Assembly (NCBI GenBank): GCA_963558405.1
Contig: CAUWGC010000005.1
Coordinates: forward strand, 24,596-88,595
Length of the DNA: 64,000 bases
Origin: an uncultured Clostridia bacterium
Lineage (GTDB): Bacteria > Bacillota > Clostridia > TANB77 > CAG-508
Direction of reading: 5' to 3'
The translations under genes were made by a program, and so were the position numbers. This document shows positions 24,202 through 35,049 of the stretch, piece by piece (within the stretch, counting starts at the first letter, position 1; the number at the start of each line of letters is the position of its first letter). The notes beneath the pieces were generated by a model. It was not told where the DNA came from. It saw only the letters and a list, made by a program, of their open reading frames with translations, and ran no database searches.

Positions 24202-25665
24202 TCATTCCACCGGTGCATAATCATCCGTCAAATACTGTCCTAAAGTATCACTTATCTTTCTTTCATTACTTAATAATTCCTTATACTCTGCACTTTCTTC
24301 TAATTCAAAATTCCCCTTTTTGCTTCCAACCAATATAAAATTTTGCTTTCTATTTATATCTATGTTAGGTGCTACTTGATACACAAGTACTGTTGGAAAT
24401 ACTTTTTTATATGTTTCGTATTCCATTTTTAAGAATTCAGAATCTTTTCCTTCTAAAGAACCTAAAATATTTGTGATAACCACTCCATTGTCTGTTAATG
24501 CTTGACTAATTTTATTGGTAGCTTCCAATGTTGTTAACTCAAATGGAACACTTAATCCTTTAAATGCATCTACAAATATTGCATCATATTTTTTTGAACA
24601 AGAATTCAAGTATGTTCTTCCATCTTGATGATAAATACCTAGCCTTGGATTTTCTTGTAATTCAAAATATTCTTTTGCAAGTTCTGTCATTTTTTTATCT
24701 ATTTCTACAACATCTATTGTATTATTAGGATATTTTTCTAAATAATGCCTGGGATATGTATAAGCCGCTCCTCCTATTAATAGAGTATTTTTAGCTTCAT
24801 TATTAAAATATTTAAACAAATCATAATACTCTAAATATTTAGCTCCCATCTTTTTTGTTTCTTCATCTATATATGATTCTAAACCCGTATCTACCTGTAG
24901 CATTTTATATGTTTTTCCATTAATTTCTTGTTTTTTTATCCATATTCTACTGTATTCTGAATCTGTATCTAATATTATATCTGGATTTTCTTGTTTAAAT
25001 ATATATCTTCCAAGGTACAATAAAGTAAGTATACAAATTATACAAACTAATACATAACAATAATATTTTTTAGTTTTATTTTCATATATAAAAATTGCTA
25101 AAAGTAATAAAATAATAGTAAGTCCTAATATGATATTTTTAACACCTAAGTTTGGAATTAAAACAAATCCTGATAAAAATGTTCCTACTATACTTCCTAA
25201 GGTAGAAAATGCTGATAATTTTCCAGATGTTTTTCCTATATTTTCTGTTCCTACTTCTTTTAATCTTATTGCATATGGAGAAATTGTTGCTAATAAAAAA
25301 CTTGGAATTGCAAATACAAGTAAACTGCTTAATATTGCTACAATTCCTAGGTTAGGTATTAGTAAAGCTAATTGTTTTATAACGCTTGTTTCCAATATTG
25401 GAATAAAACTTGTTAATATTGCAGATAGCAATATTATATTAGAAAGTAAATTCCTTTTTGGTGTTTTATCTGCTAATTTTCCTCCATACCAATATCCCAA
25501 ACTCATACTAATTAATATTACCCCAATAATACTTGTCCAAATAACGTTTGAGCTTCCTACATATGGTGAAAGTACTCTTGCTGCAATTAATTCTAATACC
25601 ATAATTGCAGCACCACATATAAATACAATAATTTCTAATATGTACTTTTCTATTTTTTGTTTCAT
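24202..25665 (-). CDS. Fused membrane domain/spermidine synthase-like methyltransferase
   Basis: TM region with ELIAARVLSPYVGSS; IGGAAY, VEID, DGR, FVDAF, LTDDYAPVE. Confidence 0.88.
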   Translation of the reverse strand: MKQKIEKYILEIIVFICGAAIMVLELIAARVLSPYVGSSNVIWTSIIGVILISMSLGYWYGGKLADKTPKRNLLSNIILLSAILTSFIPILETSVIKQLALLIPNLGIVAILSSLLVFAIPSFLLATISPYAIRLKEVGTENIGKTSGKLSAFSTLGSIVGTFLSGFVLIPNLGVKNIILGLTIILLLLAIFIYENKTKKYYCYVLVCIICILTLLYLGRYIFKQENPDIILDTDSEYSRIWIKKQEINGKTYKMLQVDTGLESYIDEETKKMGAKYLEYYDLFKYFNNEAKNTLLIGGAAYTYPRHYLEKYPNNTIDVVEIDKKMTELAKEYFELQENPRLGIYHQDGRTYLNSCSKKYDAIFVDAFKGLSVPFELTTLEATNKISQALTDNGVVITNILGSLEGKDSEFLKMEYETYKKVFPTVLVYQVAPNIDINRKQNFILVGSKKGNFELEESAEYKELLSNERKISDTLGQYLTDDYAPVE

Positions 25666-25689
25666 TATGCTTTCCTCTTTCTTTTTACA

Positions 25690-26199
25690 TTAGCTATTTT
25701 GATATGTAGAAGCTTTTGGTGGTGTTTTTCCTTTTAATACTTTATGATAATATTCATATGTTAATGAAGGTTTACTACTTAACACATTAGCGTCTTTAGC
25801 TTCTAACACAAATAATACATGTGTTCCACAATCAATTTCTTGTATAATATCACATTCTATATATGAAACTGTACTTTCTGTAATTATTGGTATTCCATTT
25901 TCTCCTGTAATGTACATTGTATCTTCTAATTTATTGTAATCTTTTCCTGTTCTAAATCCAAATTTACCAATAAGTAAAAAGTCTGTATCTTGTGCTAGTA
26001 CAGAAATATTAACTTTTTTAGCCTTTTTCATAATTTCTGTTGTATAGTTTTCCTTATTTACAGCAACAGTCAATTTTGGGTTTTCTTCAGCTGTTATTTG
26101 ACAAACTGTATTTACTACACAACCTGAAAATTCGTTTTCATATTTTGAAGTAATTATATATACTCCATAAGATAGTGAATATAAAGATTTTTTATCCAT
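25690..26199 (-). CDS. Flavin reductase family protein
   Basis: LSYGVYIIT, GCVVNT, GTHVLF, KGKTPPKASTY. Confidence 0.9.
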   Translation of the reverse strand: MDKKSLYSLSYGVYIITSKYENEFSGCVVNTVCQITAEENPKLTVAVNKENYTTEIMKKAKKVNISVLAQDTDFLLIGKFGFRTGKDYNKLEDTMYITGENGIPIITESTVSYIECDIIQEIDCGTHVLFVLEAKDANVLSSKPSLTYEYYHKVLKGKTPPKASTYQNS

Positions 26200-26263
26200 T
26201 ATATTTTTCCTCCTTTTTTTATTTTTCTCATTTTATCATATATTTTTAATAAATATCAATAAT

Positions 26264-27739
26264 TTATATTTTTTCTATAACTATATTTCTTCCTTTTTTA
26301 TTTTTCTCTATCTCATCAGCTCTATATGAGCATATTTTGTATTGGTTTAAATTATCAAATCTTATTATTACAGCTTTAGTATAATGATTTTCTTCTGATG
26401 GTGGATTTTCTTTAATTATAATACTTGCTTTAGTTTGATTTAGTGTTTCAAATGTTGTCATAAATCCTATACCACTTCCACCTGTATCTTTGTGTGTAGT
26501 AATAGGCTTAGTACCTAATTTTACTAGTGTTCCAATTTCGAACTCTATTCCTGTGTCGTAAATACATAATTCATACTTTTTGTTTTTTACTCCCAATATT
26601 ACAAAGATTTCTCTATTATTATTTTTAGAACTATTTACTGCAATTATAGCATCTCTAATATGATCACCTATCATTGTTTCTAGTTTATTTTTAGGTATTA
26701 TATTGTTTACTAAATAATATATGTTTCCAGAAATTTTTAAATTAAATTCAATATTATTGTCATAACACTCCTTTTGCATATATTTAAACATATTATCTAT
26801 TTCTTGTATTCCGGTAACTTCTAACTCGGGTAATGTTTTTATATCCTTAATTTTTTGAGAATATTCATTTGTTAAATCTTGTATTTTATTTAATAAACTT
26901 AATTCTTCTGCAGTTTCAGTTTTCATATTTTCTTTTACAAACATTTCTAATGCTTTTTGCCTATTATAGAACTCATGAGTAATTTTGCTAATATTGTACT
27001 TTTCCGCTTCTAAGTCTTGGATTTGGAGATTTTGCTGTTTTATTGTTTCTTCATATTCAAATAAAGCATCATTTAATAATTTTTGTTTATAATACATTGT
27101 TAGTGTCTTATAAATTATTATACACATTGTAAAAGCTAATATAAAAAATGTAATTAACAAATTCTTTCTTATTTCTTCTATACTTTCGAAAATAGTTCCA
27201 AGTAAGCATGTAATTAATATTATCGCTATACTGATATTAATTAAGACAATATCTGCAAAATCACTATTAAACTTTTGTTTTATAAAATCTAATCCGTTTT
27301 TTATTTTTCTTATTCTTACTAACAAATATAAAAATATAAATTGTAAAAGTAATATAAAGAATGTATTAATGTATAAATTTTCAACTTTAAATACTATATA
27401 AGGAAAATATAATGTTAATGTACTTATAACTAAACATATAGAACAAATAGCATATGAAATTATCACTATAACTAATGTATTTCCTATTTTCTCTTTAAAC
27501 AACCAACTTAATATGTTTACATATACTAATCCCGCAATTACAACGGATAATAATGAACTAACATTAAATTCAATATACATACAAATAAATGTAACTATTA
27601 TGTTTAACACATAAATTAAAATTTTTCTCTTTATATTATCATACTTTATGTTTGATAATTTTTTAAAAGAATAATATACATATAAATTCATTATAAATGT
27701 TTTTAAATAATATATACTTATGTATTTTTGATTATCCAT
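26264..27739 (-). CDS. AgrC-like multi-TM GHKL sensor histidine kinase
   Basis: About 6-7 TM helices, ITHEFYNR H-box, DTGIEF and GGSGIGFMT; start moved to MDNQK, preceded by GAGGAG. Confidence 0.8.
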   Translation of the reverse strand: MDNQKYISIYYLKTFIMNLYVYYSFKKLSNIKYDNIKRKILIYVLNIIVTFICMYIEFNVSSLLSVVIAGLVYVNILSWLFKEKIGNTLVIVIISYAICSICLVISTLTLYFPYIVFKVENLYINTFFILLLQFIFLYLLVRIRKIKNGLDFIKQKFNSDFADIVLINISIAIILITCLLGTIFESIEEIRKNLLITFFILAFTMCIIIYKTLTMYYKQKLLNDALFEYEETIKQQNLQIQDLEAEKYNISKITHEFYNRQKALEMFVKENMKTETAEELSLLNKIQDLTNEYSQKIKDIKTLPELEVTGIQEIDNMFKYMQKECYDNNIEFNLKISGNIYYLVNNIIPKNKLETMIGDHIRDAIIAVNSSKNNNREIFVILGVKNKKYELCIYDTGIEFEIGTLVKLGTKPITTHKDTGGSGIGFMTTFETLNQTKASIIIKENPPSEENHYTKAVIIRFDNLNQYKICSYRADEIEKNKKGRNIVIEKI

Positions 27740-27852
27740 ATTTCTCCTCGCTAATAGTATTATTATATATAAAAAAAATGCAATAATCAATATAATATGT
27801 TTTTTTAACAATATTCTTTTGATCATTGCATTATCTTAATTTTATTTTAATA

Positions 27853-27894
27853 TTATCTTAACCAAAAAGCTAACCATTCCCAGAAACTCATCAT
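27853..27894 (-). CDS. Putative 13-aa peptide MMSFWEWLAFWLR
   Basis: GGAGGTG RBS 6 nt before ATG; lies between the response regulator and kinase genes. Confidence 0.6.
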   Translation of the reverse strand: MMSFWEWLAFWLR

Positions 27895-28012
27895 GAGAAT
27901 CACCTCCCGGATATTTTTTACAATAAAAAAATATCACTTATACGTGCTTGTATAAGTGATATTGGGAAGTGCAATTTTGTTACATTTTTTTATTTTTTAT
28001 TCTATAAAATGA

Positions 28013-28798
28013 CTATATCTCCTTTTTTATTTTATCTGCATAGTAATATATTAATTCTGTTGGGGTTGGTACGCCTGTTTCGTAGTTTATTCTTGCTGTA
28101 TAGTATTTGGTTAAATCTTCTATTGCTGATATTCTCCATGCATGAAGTATTGCATTTTGCATTGCTCTACTTATTGTACTATTTGATTTTTTATATTTAC
28201 CTACTAAATATTGTATTATTGATATTTTATTGTATTTTTCTTCATTTTTTATAATAAAGAAAATAGAGTCAAATAAGTATTTTCTTCCTTGCAAGTGTGA
28301 ACTTATTCCTATTAATTCTAATTCTTTATTTATCTTTTCTGCTATTATGTCATCTTTATTATCTATATCAGTTTCAATTTCTGTAACTGTATTACTTGTT
28401 TCATATTCTCTTAATAGAACAATGGTATCTATTATTTTGTTTTGTGAGTAGTTTGTTTGTTTTTTATAAAAGATAAAATCTATTTTATTTCTATGACAAA
28501 AATTATATACAGAGTCTGAATACACATTTGTTGTTACAACAATGTTAGGAATTTTATTTAATTTTAGCTTTTTGAATTTCTCTATAAAGTCAAATCCACT
28601 ACCTTCTCCATCTGTTAATTCTAAATCTAAAATAATAGCATCTGGTTTATATTTATTAACACATTCTATAGCTTTTATTGAAGAGTTTGTAATTGCTACT
28701 AAATTAAAATCGTTTCTTTTTTGACTAAGATTTTTATAAATATTACATTCGTTTACATCATCTTCTATTAGTAAAATATTTATTGGATTGCTATTCAT
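28013..28798 (-). CDS. Spo0A-like response regulator
   Basis: Receiver ILLIEDD/IILDLEL; Spo0A C-terminal-like GISSHLQGRKYL...PTPTELIYYYADKI; start at MNSNP after GGTGG. Confidence 0.8.
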   Translation of the reverse strand: MNSNPINILLIEDDVNECNIYKNLSQKRNDFNLVAITNSSIKAIECVNKYKPDAIILDLELTDGEGSGFDFIEKFKKLKLNKIPNIVVTTNVYSDSVYNFCHRNKIDFIFYKKQTNYSQNKIIDTIVLLREYETSNTVTEIETDIDNKDDIIAEKINKELELIGISSHLQGRKYLFDSIFFIIKNEEKYNKISIIQYLVGKYKKSNSTISRAMQNAILHAWRISAIEDLTKYYTARINYETGVPTPTELIYYYADKIKKEI

Positions 28799-28945
28799 AT
28801 TTTTACCACCTTTTGTATTTTTGTCATATTTTATCATATTTTGTAATTGTTTTCCATGTTTTATGCAGTAATATTATTCACTTCTGGAGTTATTTGATTA
28901 TTTAAAATATATTTATATTTGTTTGTAGAAATAGGAGTTTTGTTA

Positions 28946-29260
28946 ATGAAAAAAGCAATTGGAAAAAGAATTAAAGAAATTAGAGAAAATATGGGAATGA
29001 CTAAAGAAAGTTTTGCAAAGGAACTTGGAATATCTGGTCAATATTTAGGAATTGTAGAACATGGAAAAAGTTATTTATCCATTGAAAAGCTAAAAGTTCT
29101 TTGTGACTTTACAAATTTATCTGCAGATTATATTTTGTTTGGAAGAGATAATAATCTTATTAGTGATATGCAAAAAATATTATCTGAATTTTCTCCTGAG
29201 CAAATAGAAATTGGTTGTGATACCCTTAAAAAATTAGCACTTTTTATAAAAAATCAATAA
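28946..29260 (+). CDS. XRE family HTH regulator
   Basis: IGKRIKEIRENMGMTKESFAKELGISGQYLGIVEHG; AGGAG RBS before MKKAI. Confidence 0.88.
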   Translation: MKKAIGKRIKEIRENMGMTKESFAKELGISGQYLGIVEHGKSYLSIEKLKVLCDFTNLSADYILFGRDNNLISDMQKILSEFSPEQIEIGCDTLKKLALFIKNQ

Positions 29261-29295
29261 TTTCGAAAGTAATAGTTTGTTTTGAAAATATTATA

Positions 29296-29661
29296 TTGAC
29301 ACTCACTACTCCTTTTGGTAAAATATGGTATAAAATACAATATTTTGCAAAAATGAGTAATTTTATGTTGAAAAAAATACAGAATTTTTTGTTTTGTTTT
29401 AAAAAATCCAATAGTATAACAAATATAAACCCTACAAGTAGTACTAATATTTTAGAATTGCAAACTCAAATAGATACATGGAAAAAAAATGCTAATGAAA
29501 TACAGTCATCTTTTGATTTTGATATTCCCAATTATATATTAGATGAACTTATTAAAAAAAGAAAACACTTAAATTGTAGTCATGATAATCTTTATTATTT
29601 ATTAAATTGTGCTGTTATGAATGGTAAATTATCTAGAACTAATGCAAATAAAATAAAATAA
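29296..29661 (+). CDS. Hypothetical protein (start uncertain)
   Basis: ORF only; co-directional with neighbours. Confidence 0.45.
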   Translation: MTLTTPFGKIWYKIQYFAKMSNFMLKKIQNFLFCFKKSNSITNINPTSSTNILELQTQIDTWKKNANEIQSSFDFDIPNYILDELIKKRKHLNCSHDNLYYLLNCAVMNGKLSRTNANKIK

Positions 29662-29791
29662 AAAAAGCATGTTAATTATTAATAAAAGTTTTGTATAAAT
29701 TACAAAACTTTTATTATTTTTACGCTTGAATATTATGAAATTTTGGTATAATCTTATAAAGAAATTTATTTTACGAATGGAGATGTTTTTT

Positions 29792-32398
29792 ATGCAATCA
29801 GAAAAAGAAGAAGTAAATGTTAAAGCTTTGTATGGTAATGAATGTATTTTACCCAAAGAAGATTTCTTGAAAAAATATAATGTAACTGAATCAGGTTTAA
29901 CAACTAATCAAGCCCAAAATAACATTTACAAGTATGGTTTAAACGAAGTTAGTCAAGCCAAACCTAAAAAATGGTATCATTATTTTTTAAATAGTCTTTT
30001 TAGCCCTTTTAATAGTATTTTACTTGGTATTGTTGCTATTTTGTTTTATACAGATGTTTATCTTTCGGCTACACCAAGTTATGCAAATATCATAGTAATA
30101 GCAATTTTAGTTACAGCAAGTACTTTGCTAGAATTTTTTGAAGAATACCGCTCTAACAAAGCTGCTGAAAAATTAAAAGAACTTGTAGCTACAACTACTA
30201 CTGTTTTAAGAGATGGTAAGAAAATTCAAATTCCTATAAAACAAGTAACTATAGGCGATATTGTATTTCTTTCTGCTGGTAGTATGATTCCTGCTGACCT
30301 ACGTATTATAGAAGCTAAAGATTTGTATGTTGGTCAATCATCTTTAACTGGTGAATCAGATGCTGTACAAAAAGTTGTAAACTCTGAACTTAGTGAAAAT
30401 CAATTAGATTCACTTTCTGATTTGGATACTATTTGTTTTATGGGAACAAATGTTATTAGTGGTACTGCCAAAGGAGTTGTTATTAAAATTGCAGACAATA
30501 CTTACTTTGGTAAAGTTGCTCATACTTTAAGTAATGGTAAACCTAAATCTGCTTTTCAACAAAATATAGAAAGTATTAGTAAATTATTAATTCGCTTTAT
30601 GCTTATATTAACTCCTATTGTTTTTATTATTAATGTATGGAAACATAGTTCTGTAACCGCATTTACATTTGCAGTTGCAATTGCAATATGTATTACTCCC
30701 CTTTTATTACCTGTTATTTTATCTTCTAGTCTTTCAAAAGGTGCTGTAAAAATGTCTAAAAAGAAAACTATTGTTAAAAAATTAGATTCTATTCAAAATT
30801 TTGGCGCTATGAATATTTTATGTACAGATAAAACCGGAACTTTAACTGAAGATAAAATTGTTTTAGAAAAATATATGGATATTTACGGTAACGAAAATCT
30901 ACGTGTTTTAAAACATGCTTTTTTAAATGCATATTTCCAAACCGGATTAAAAGGTAATATTGATGAGGCAGTTGTTTCAAGAGCATTAGAAAATAATATG
31001 GAAGAATATATTAGTAAATATAAGTTAATTGATGAAGTACCTTTTGACTTTTCGCGTAGACGTTTATCTGTTATTGTATCTGACGGCAATAAAAAACAGT
31101 TAATTACAAAAGGAGCAGTAGAAGAAATTTTAAGCATATGTACAATGGCAGATGATAATGGAAATGTTATTCCTCTTACAAGTACTTTAAAAGAAAACAT
31201 AAAAAAAATATCTAAAAATTTAAACAAAGATGGATTAAGAGTTATTGCAGTTTGTCAAAAAAATGAAATATTAAATATTGAACATTTTTCTGTTGATGAT
31301 GAAAAAAACATGGTTCTTTTAGGTTTTATTGGCTTCTTAGATCCACCAAAAGAAAGTGCAAAATCATCTATTGAAAAATTAAATAATTCAGGTATTCGTG
31401 TTGTTGTATTAACTGGTGATAATGCTGATATAACAAAATGGATTTGTAATAAAGTTGGTATTAAATCCAAACGTATTGTGAGTGGTAACCAAATAGAAAA
31501 GCTTTCTGACTTAGCTCTTACAAGATTATTAAAAAATACCAACATTTTTGTAAAACTATCACCTATACAAAAAGCAAGAATTGTAAGAGTTTTAAAAGAA
31601 TCAGGAAATGTAGTTGGATATATGGGAGATGGAATAAATGATGCACCACCTCTTACAAACTCTGACGTAGGAATTTCTGTTGACACTGCCGTAGATATAG
31701 CCAAGGAATCTGCTGATATTATTTTATTAGAAAAAGATTTACATGTTTTATTGGATGGTGTTACAGAAGGTAGAAAAACTTTTGGTAATTTAATGAAATA
31801 TATAAAAATGGCAACAAGCTTTAATTTTGGAGAAGTTGTTTCTGTTATAATTGCTAGTGCATTTTTACCATTTTTACCAGAAACACCTATTCAGCTATTA
31901 GTAGAAGGTTTATTATACGATTTTGGGCAATTAACTTTACCTTTTGATAATGTAGATAAAGAATATTTACAAAAGCCTAGACAATTTAACCTAAAAAGTC
32001 TTAAACACTTTATGTTATTTATGGGACCTTTAAGTTCGTTTTTTGACTTAATTGTTTTTGCATCATTATGGTTTATATTTAATTTACGAGAAGCAGCTCT
32101 TTTCCAAACAATATGGTTCTCTTATAGCATAGTATCTAATCTTTTAGGTATGCATATTATAAGAACAGCTCATATTCCATTTATTCAAAGTAATGCTCAT
32201 AAAGTAGTTTATTTTTCATCTATATTACTTAGTATTGTAGGTGTTATAGTTCCATTTACATGGCTTGGAAAAGTAATTGGATTAGTACCAATACCTTTTG
32301 AATATTTATCTATAATAATTATTGTTCCAATTTTATACTGTATTGTAGCTATATTCGCTAAGAAAATTTATATTAAAAAATATGGTGAATGGATTTAG
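29792..32398 (+). CDS. mgtA: Magnesium-translocating P-type ATPase
   Basis: LTGES, CTDKTGTLT, PFDFSRRR, MGDGINDAP, IQNFGAMNILC; start taken at MQSEK after GGAG. Confidence 0.92.
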   Translation: MQSEKEEVNVKALYGNECILPKEDFLKKYNVTESGLTTNQAQNNIYKYGLNEVSQAKPKKWYHYFLNSLFSPFNSILLGIVAILFYTDVYLSATPSYANIIVIAILVTASTLLEFFEEYRSNKAAEKLKELVATTTTVLRDGKKIQIPIKQVTIGDIVFLSAGSMIPADLRIIEAKDLYVGQSSLTGESDAVQKVVNSELSENQLDSLSDLDTICFMGTNVISGTAKGVVIKIADNTYFGKVAHTLSNGKPKSAFQQNIESISKLLIRFMLILTPIVFIINVWKHSSVTAFTFAVAIAICITPLLLPVILSSSLSKGAVKMSKKKTIVKKLDSIQNFGAMNILCTDKTGTLTEDKIVLEKYMDIYGNENLRVLKHAFLNAYFQTGLKGNIDEAVVSRALENNMEEYISKYKLIDEVPFDFSRRRLSVIVSDGNKKQLITKGAVEEILSICTMADDNGNVIPLTSTLKENIKKISKNLNKDGLRVIAVCQKNEILNIEHFSVDDEKNMVLLGFIGFLDPPKESAKSSIEKLNNSGIRVVVLTGDNADITKWICNKVGIKSKRIVSGNQIEKLSDLALTRLLKNTNIFVKLSPIQKARIVRVLKESGNVVGYMGDGINDAPPLTNSDVGISVDTAVDIAKESADIILLEKDLHVLLDGVTEGRKTFGNLMKYIKMATSFNFGEVVSVIIASAFLPFLPETPIQLLVEGLLYDFGQLTLPFDNVDKEYLQKPRQFNLKSLKHFMLFMGPLSSFFDLIVFASLWFIFNLREAALFQTIWFSYSIVSNLLGMHIIRTAHIPFIQSNAHKVVYFSSILLSIVGVIVPFTWLGKVIGLVPIPFEYLSIIIIVPILYCIVAIFAKKIYIKKYGEWI

Positions 32399-32525
32399 TT
32401 TTTTGTTATGTAAACATTATTGCTTTCTTTACTTGTATATTTTTATTTAAAATGTTATAATGATGCTACTTCTTATTTTAGAAGATTTCACTCACACTAC
32501 TAAATTTATTAAAGGAGGAATATTC

Positions 32526-32942
32526 ATGAGTGGAAATTATCGTTGTTCAATATGTGGAAAAAAGCATGTCAAACTATGGCGGCCATTTGATGGAACAAAA
32601 CTTATCTGTGCTAGATGTGCAGAAAGAAAACAGGTACATGACATACAGTATGTATATGTAATGAAAACATCAAGTGATGAAAGAAGTACAATTCCTAAAA
32701 AAGTCAAAGTATCAATTCCTAAATGGAAAATTGATGAAAATGGAAATATTCCTTTTTACTTTGATTCATCTTTTGGTGACATTGTCCATAACAAAACAAA
32801 TAGTTTCTATGTAAAGTTGAATAATCGTCAAGCAACATTGTTGGTACCAGCAATTTTAGTTGCTGAAGGAGTTTTCTTAGGTGGATTTATTTCTCCTAAA
32901 AATGAATTATATAGGAAGTGGCAAAATTTACCTACAAGGTAA
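32526..32942 (+). CDS. Hypothetical protein with CxxC...CxxC zinc ribbon
   Basis: AAGGAGG RBS, then MSGNYRCSICGKKHVKLWRP...ICARCAE. Confidence 0.65.
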   Translation: MSGNYRCSICGKKHVKLWRPFDGTKLICARCAERKQVHDIQYVYVMKTSSDERSTIPKKVKVSIPKWKIDENGNIPFYFDSSFGDIVHNKTNSFYVKLNNRQATLLVPAILVAEGVFLGGFISPKNELYRKWQNLPTR

Positions 32943-32948
32943 AAACTA

Positions 32949-32984
32949 AAAACAAGATGTTCTAAGTAGAACATCTTGTTTTTT
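32949..32984. terminator. Bidirectional rho-independent terminator
   Basis: AAAACAAGATGTTCT-AAGT-AGAACATCTTGTTTT between convergent genes. Confidence 0.85.
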
Positions 32985-32994
32985 AGTAAATTAG

Positions 32995-33972
32995 TTACTT
33001 TACAATTTCATATAATTTTGAAATTTTTTCTTTTGCACGGTATAGAATTGAATTAAAATCTTTTTTTATAATCTCTCCCTCTTTTCCTTGTATGGAAATA
33101 CTATACTTATCAATTTCACTATTGTAAACAATTTTCAAGTCGTTAAAAATCATATATTCCCAACTTCCATTTTTGTTTACACTAAAAGTTTCTTTTCCTT
33201 CTGAAATTGTGTATTTTACAATTTTTCCATTTTCAATTATAACTTCATAACAAGGTTGTAAAAATTCTATATATTGTGACAATTCCTTATTGTTTAGTTT
33301 TATAACTTTATGATAAGAAACTTTAACACTTATATATGTCTTTTCTTTTAAATCTAGTATCTTTGATATTTCCTCAAATACAAGATTAGTGTCGGAAAAA
33401 TCACATACTCCCAATAGATATTGTTTTAAATCTATTAGGTTTTGTAATCTTGTTTCTACGAGATAAGGGTCATCAACATATACCATAAATTCACTTTCGT
33501 CATTATTCAATTTTAAAGATAGACAAAAGCTATTTATAGAATATTTACATTCTAATTTACAATTATTCCTTGTTATTGTTTGTTTTTCTAAAAACACATT
33601 AGGTCTTTCCGTGTTACATGTTTTTTCTACTATATATTTTTTCTCTTCCTCACCTTCTTTTATTATAAAGTTGGGAAAATAATAAATATTATAGAAATTT
33701 AAGAAAACTTGTATTCTTCTATTTTTAGAAATCACAACAAAAGAATTTTGCTGTTTATTTAACTCCTGAATTTGAACTGGTAAATCTATTTCCAGTTCTT
33801 TGATAATATCTTCGATATTTTCTAAGCTCCATCTAGATTTTTTTATCCAGTCTGAAATAAACTCTTTTAATTCTTCTGTTTCATATGAGATTTGACTTTC
33901 TTTTATACTGTTATTTACAGTATATTTATCATCTTCTTTTTCCTTCCGTGAAAACAATCTTTTCAAAATCAT
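32995..33972 (-). CDS. Hypothetical protein
   Basis: 325-aa ORF with GGAGGGG RBS; no motif recognised. Confidence 0.65.
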   Translation of the reverse strand: MILKRLFSRKEKEDDKYTVNNSIKESQISYETEELKEFISDWIKKSRWSLENIEDIIKELEIDLPVQIQELNKQQNSFVVISKNRRIQVFLNFYNIYYFPNFIIKEGEEEKKYIVEKTCNTERPNVFLEKQTITRNNCKLECKYSINSFCLSLKLNNDESEFMVYVDDPYLVETRLQNLIDLKQYLLGVCDFSDTNLVFEEISKILDLKEKTYISVKVSYHKVIKLNNKELSQYIEFLQPCYEVIIENGKIVKYTISEGKETFSVNKNGSWEYMIFNDLKIVYNSEIDKYSISIQGKEGEIIKKDFNSILYRAKEKISKLYEIVK

Positions 33973-34110
33973 AAATTACCCCTCCTGTATTTAACATTAA
34001 GAAGTTTATAAACTATATATCCTATTATTTAGGATAGTTTTTTTATTATAGCATTTATTTATTTAATAAGCAATAAAACTGAAGAAATTATTTTCTTCAG
34101 TTTTAATATG

Positions 34111-35013
34111 TTATTTTTCTTTATTTTGTATTCTATTTTTTATTAATTCTAATCCTAAAATTAGCAAACCACCAATAACAAAAAATACTATACTAAATGT
34201 TGAAAAACTAATTGCTGCTTGTGGTACTGGTAAAGTTGTTGGTCCCATTATAATAGCATAAATTGATCCTAACATTAATCCTAATATACAATAAATTGTT
34301 TGGCTTCTATATTTTTCTAGTGCTATTTTTATTAATCTTATAATAAGAATTACACCTGCTATCACACCAAATCCAAATACAAATAAAACTGGCATGTAAC
34401 TTAAATTAAAATGTAAAAATTCTTTTATTGCAGTTATTATTGGGATATATAATCCAAATATTAAAAGTAATGTTGAACCAGATATTCCTGGTAATATCAT
34501 TGCTGATATTGCAATCATTGCAGCAATAAAAATATATACACATAATCCAAAGTTCAAACTACTTATATCTACATTAGTACTTGAACCAGATACTGGATTT
34601 AACAATGATATAGAAACAACAACTATTATTCCTATTATAGCAAATACTATATTTTTATATTTTCCCTTTAAACTATCTTTTTCTTCTTTTATTATAAGTG
34701 GTATTGCAAATAAAATAAATCCTATAAATAGTGAGCTTATTTGATATATATGCTTTTCAAAAACACTGGCTAATACCAATGATGCTAATGCCATTCCAAT
34801 TGCCCAGCCTATTCCTAGCTTAAAAAGATATTTAAAAGCATCAATTCTTTCTTCTTTACTTCCTTTTATTAGGTTATTTAATGAATTTATAAATTTATCA
34901 TAAAATCCTAAAATAAAGGCAACAGTTCCTCCGGAAACCCCTGGTACACTGTCTGCTAATGCCATACAAAATCCATTAAATGCATTTGTTAATATTTCTT
35001 TTAATTTTTTCAT
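34111..35013 (-). CDS. DUF368 family membrane protein
   Basis: ADSVPGVSGGTVA, AMILPGISGS. Confidence 0.92.
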   Translation of the reverse strand: MKKLKEILTNAFNGFCMALADSVPGVSGGTVAFILGFYDKFINSLNNLIKGSKEERIDAFKYLFKLGIGWAIGMALASLVLASVFEKHIYQISSLFIGFILFAIPLIIKEEKDSLKGKYKNIVFAIIGIIVVVSISLLNPVSGSSTNVDISSLNFGLCVYIFIAAMIAISAMILPGISGSTLLLIFGLYIPIITAIKEFLHFNLSYMPVLFVFGFGVIAGVILIIRLIKIALEKYRSQTIYCILGLMLGSIYAIIMGPTTLPVPQAAISFSTFSIVFFVIGGLLILGLELIKNRIQNKEK

Positions 35014-35049
35014 TTTAATCCTCCTAAAATTAATACTTTTTTACCATTT

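Noticed and set aside
28805-28860. Roughly 10-bp periodic TTTTGTCATA-like repeats upstream of the Spo0A-like gene
   Set aside because: Too degenerate and AT-rich to separate from background by eye.
29655-29682. Possible premature stop at the end of ORF 29296..29661
   Set aside because: Read-through would add only about 6 codons and no homolog evidence is available here.
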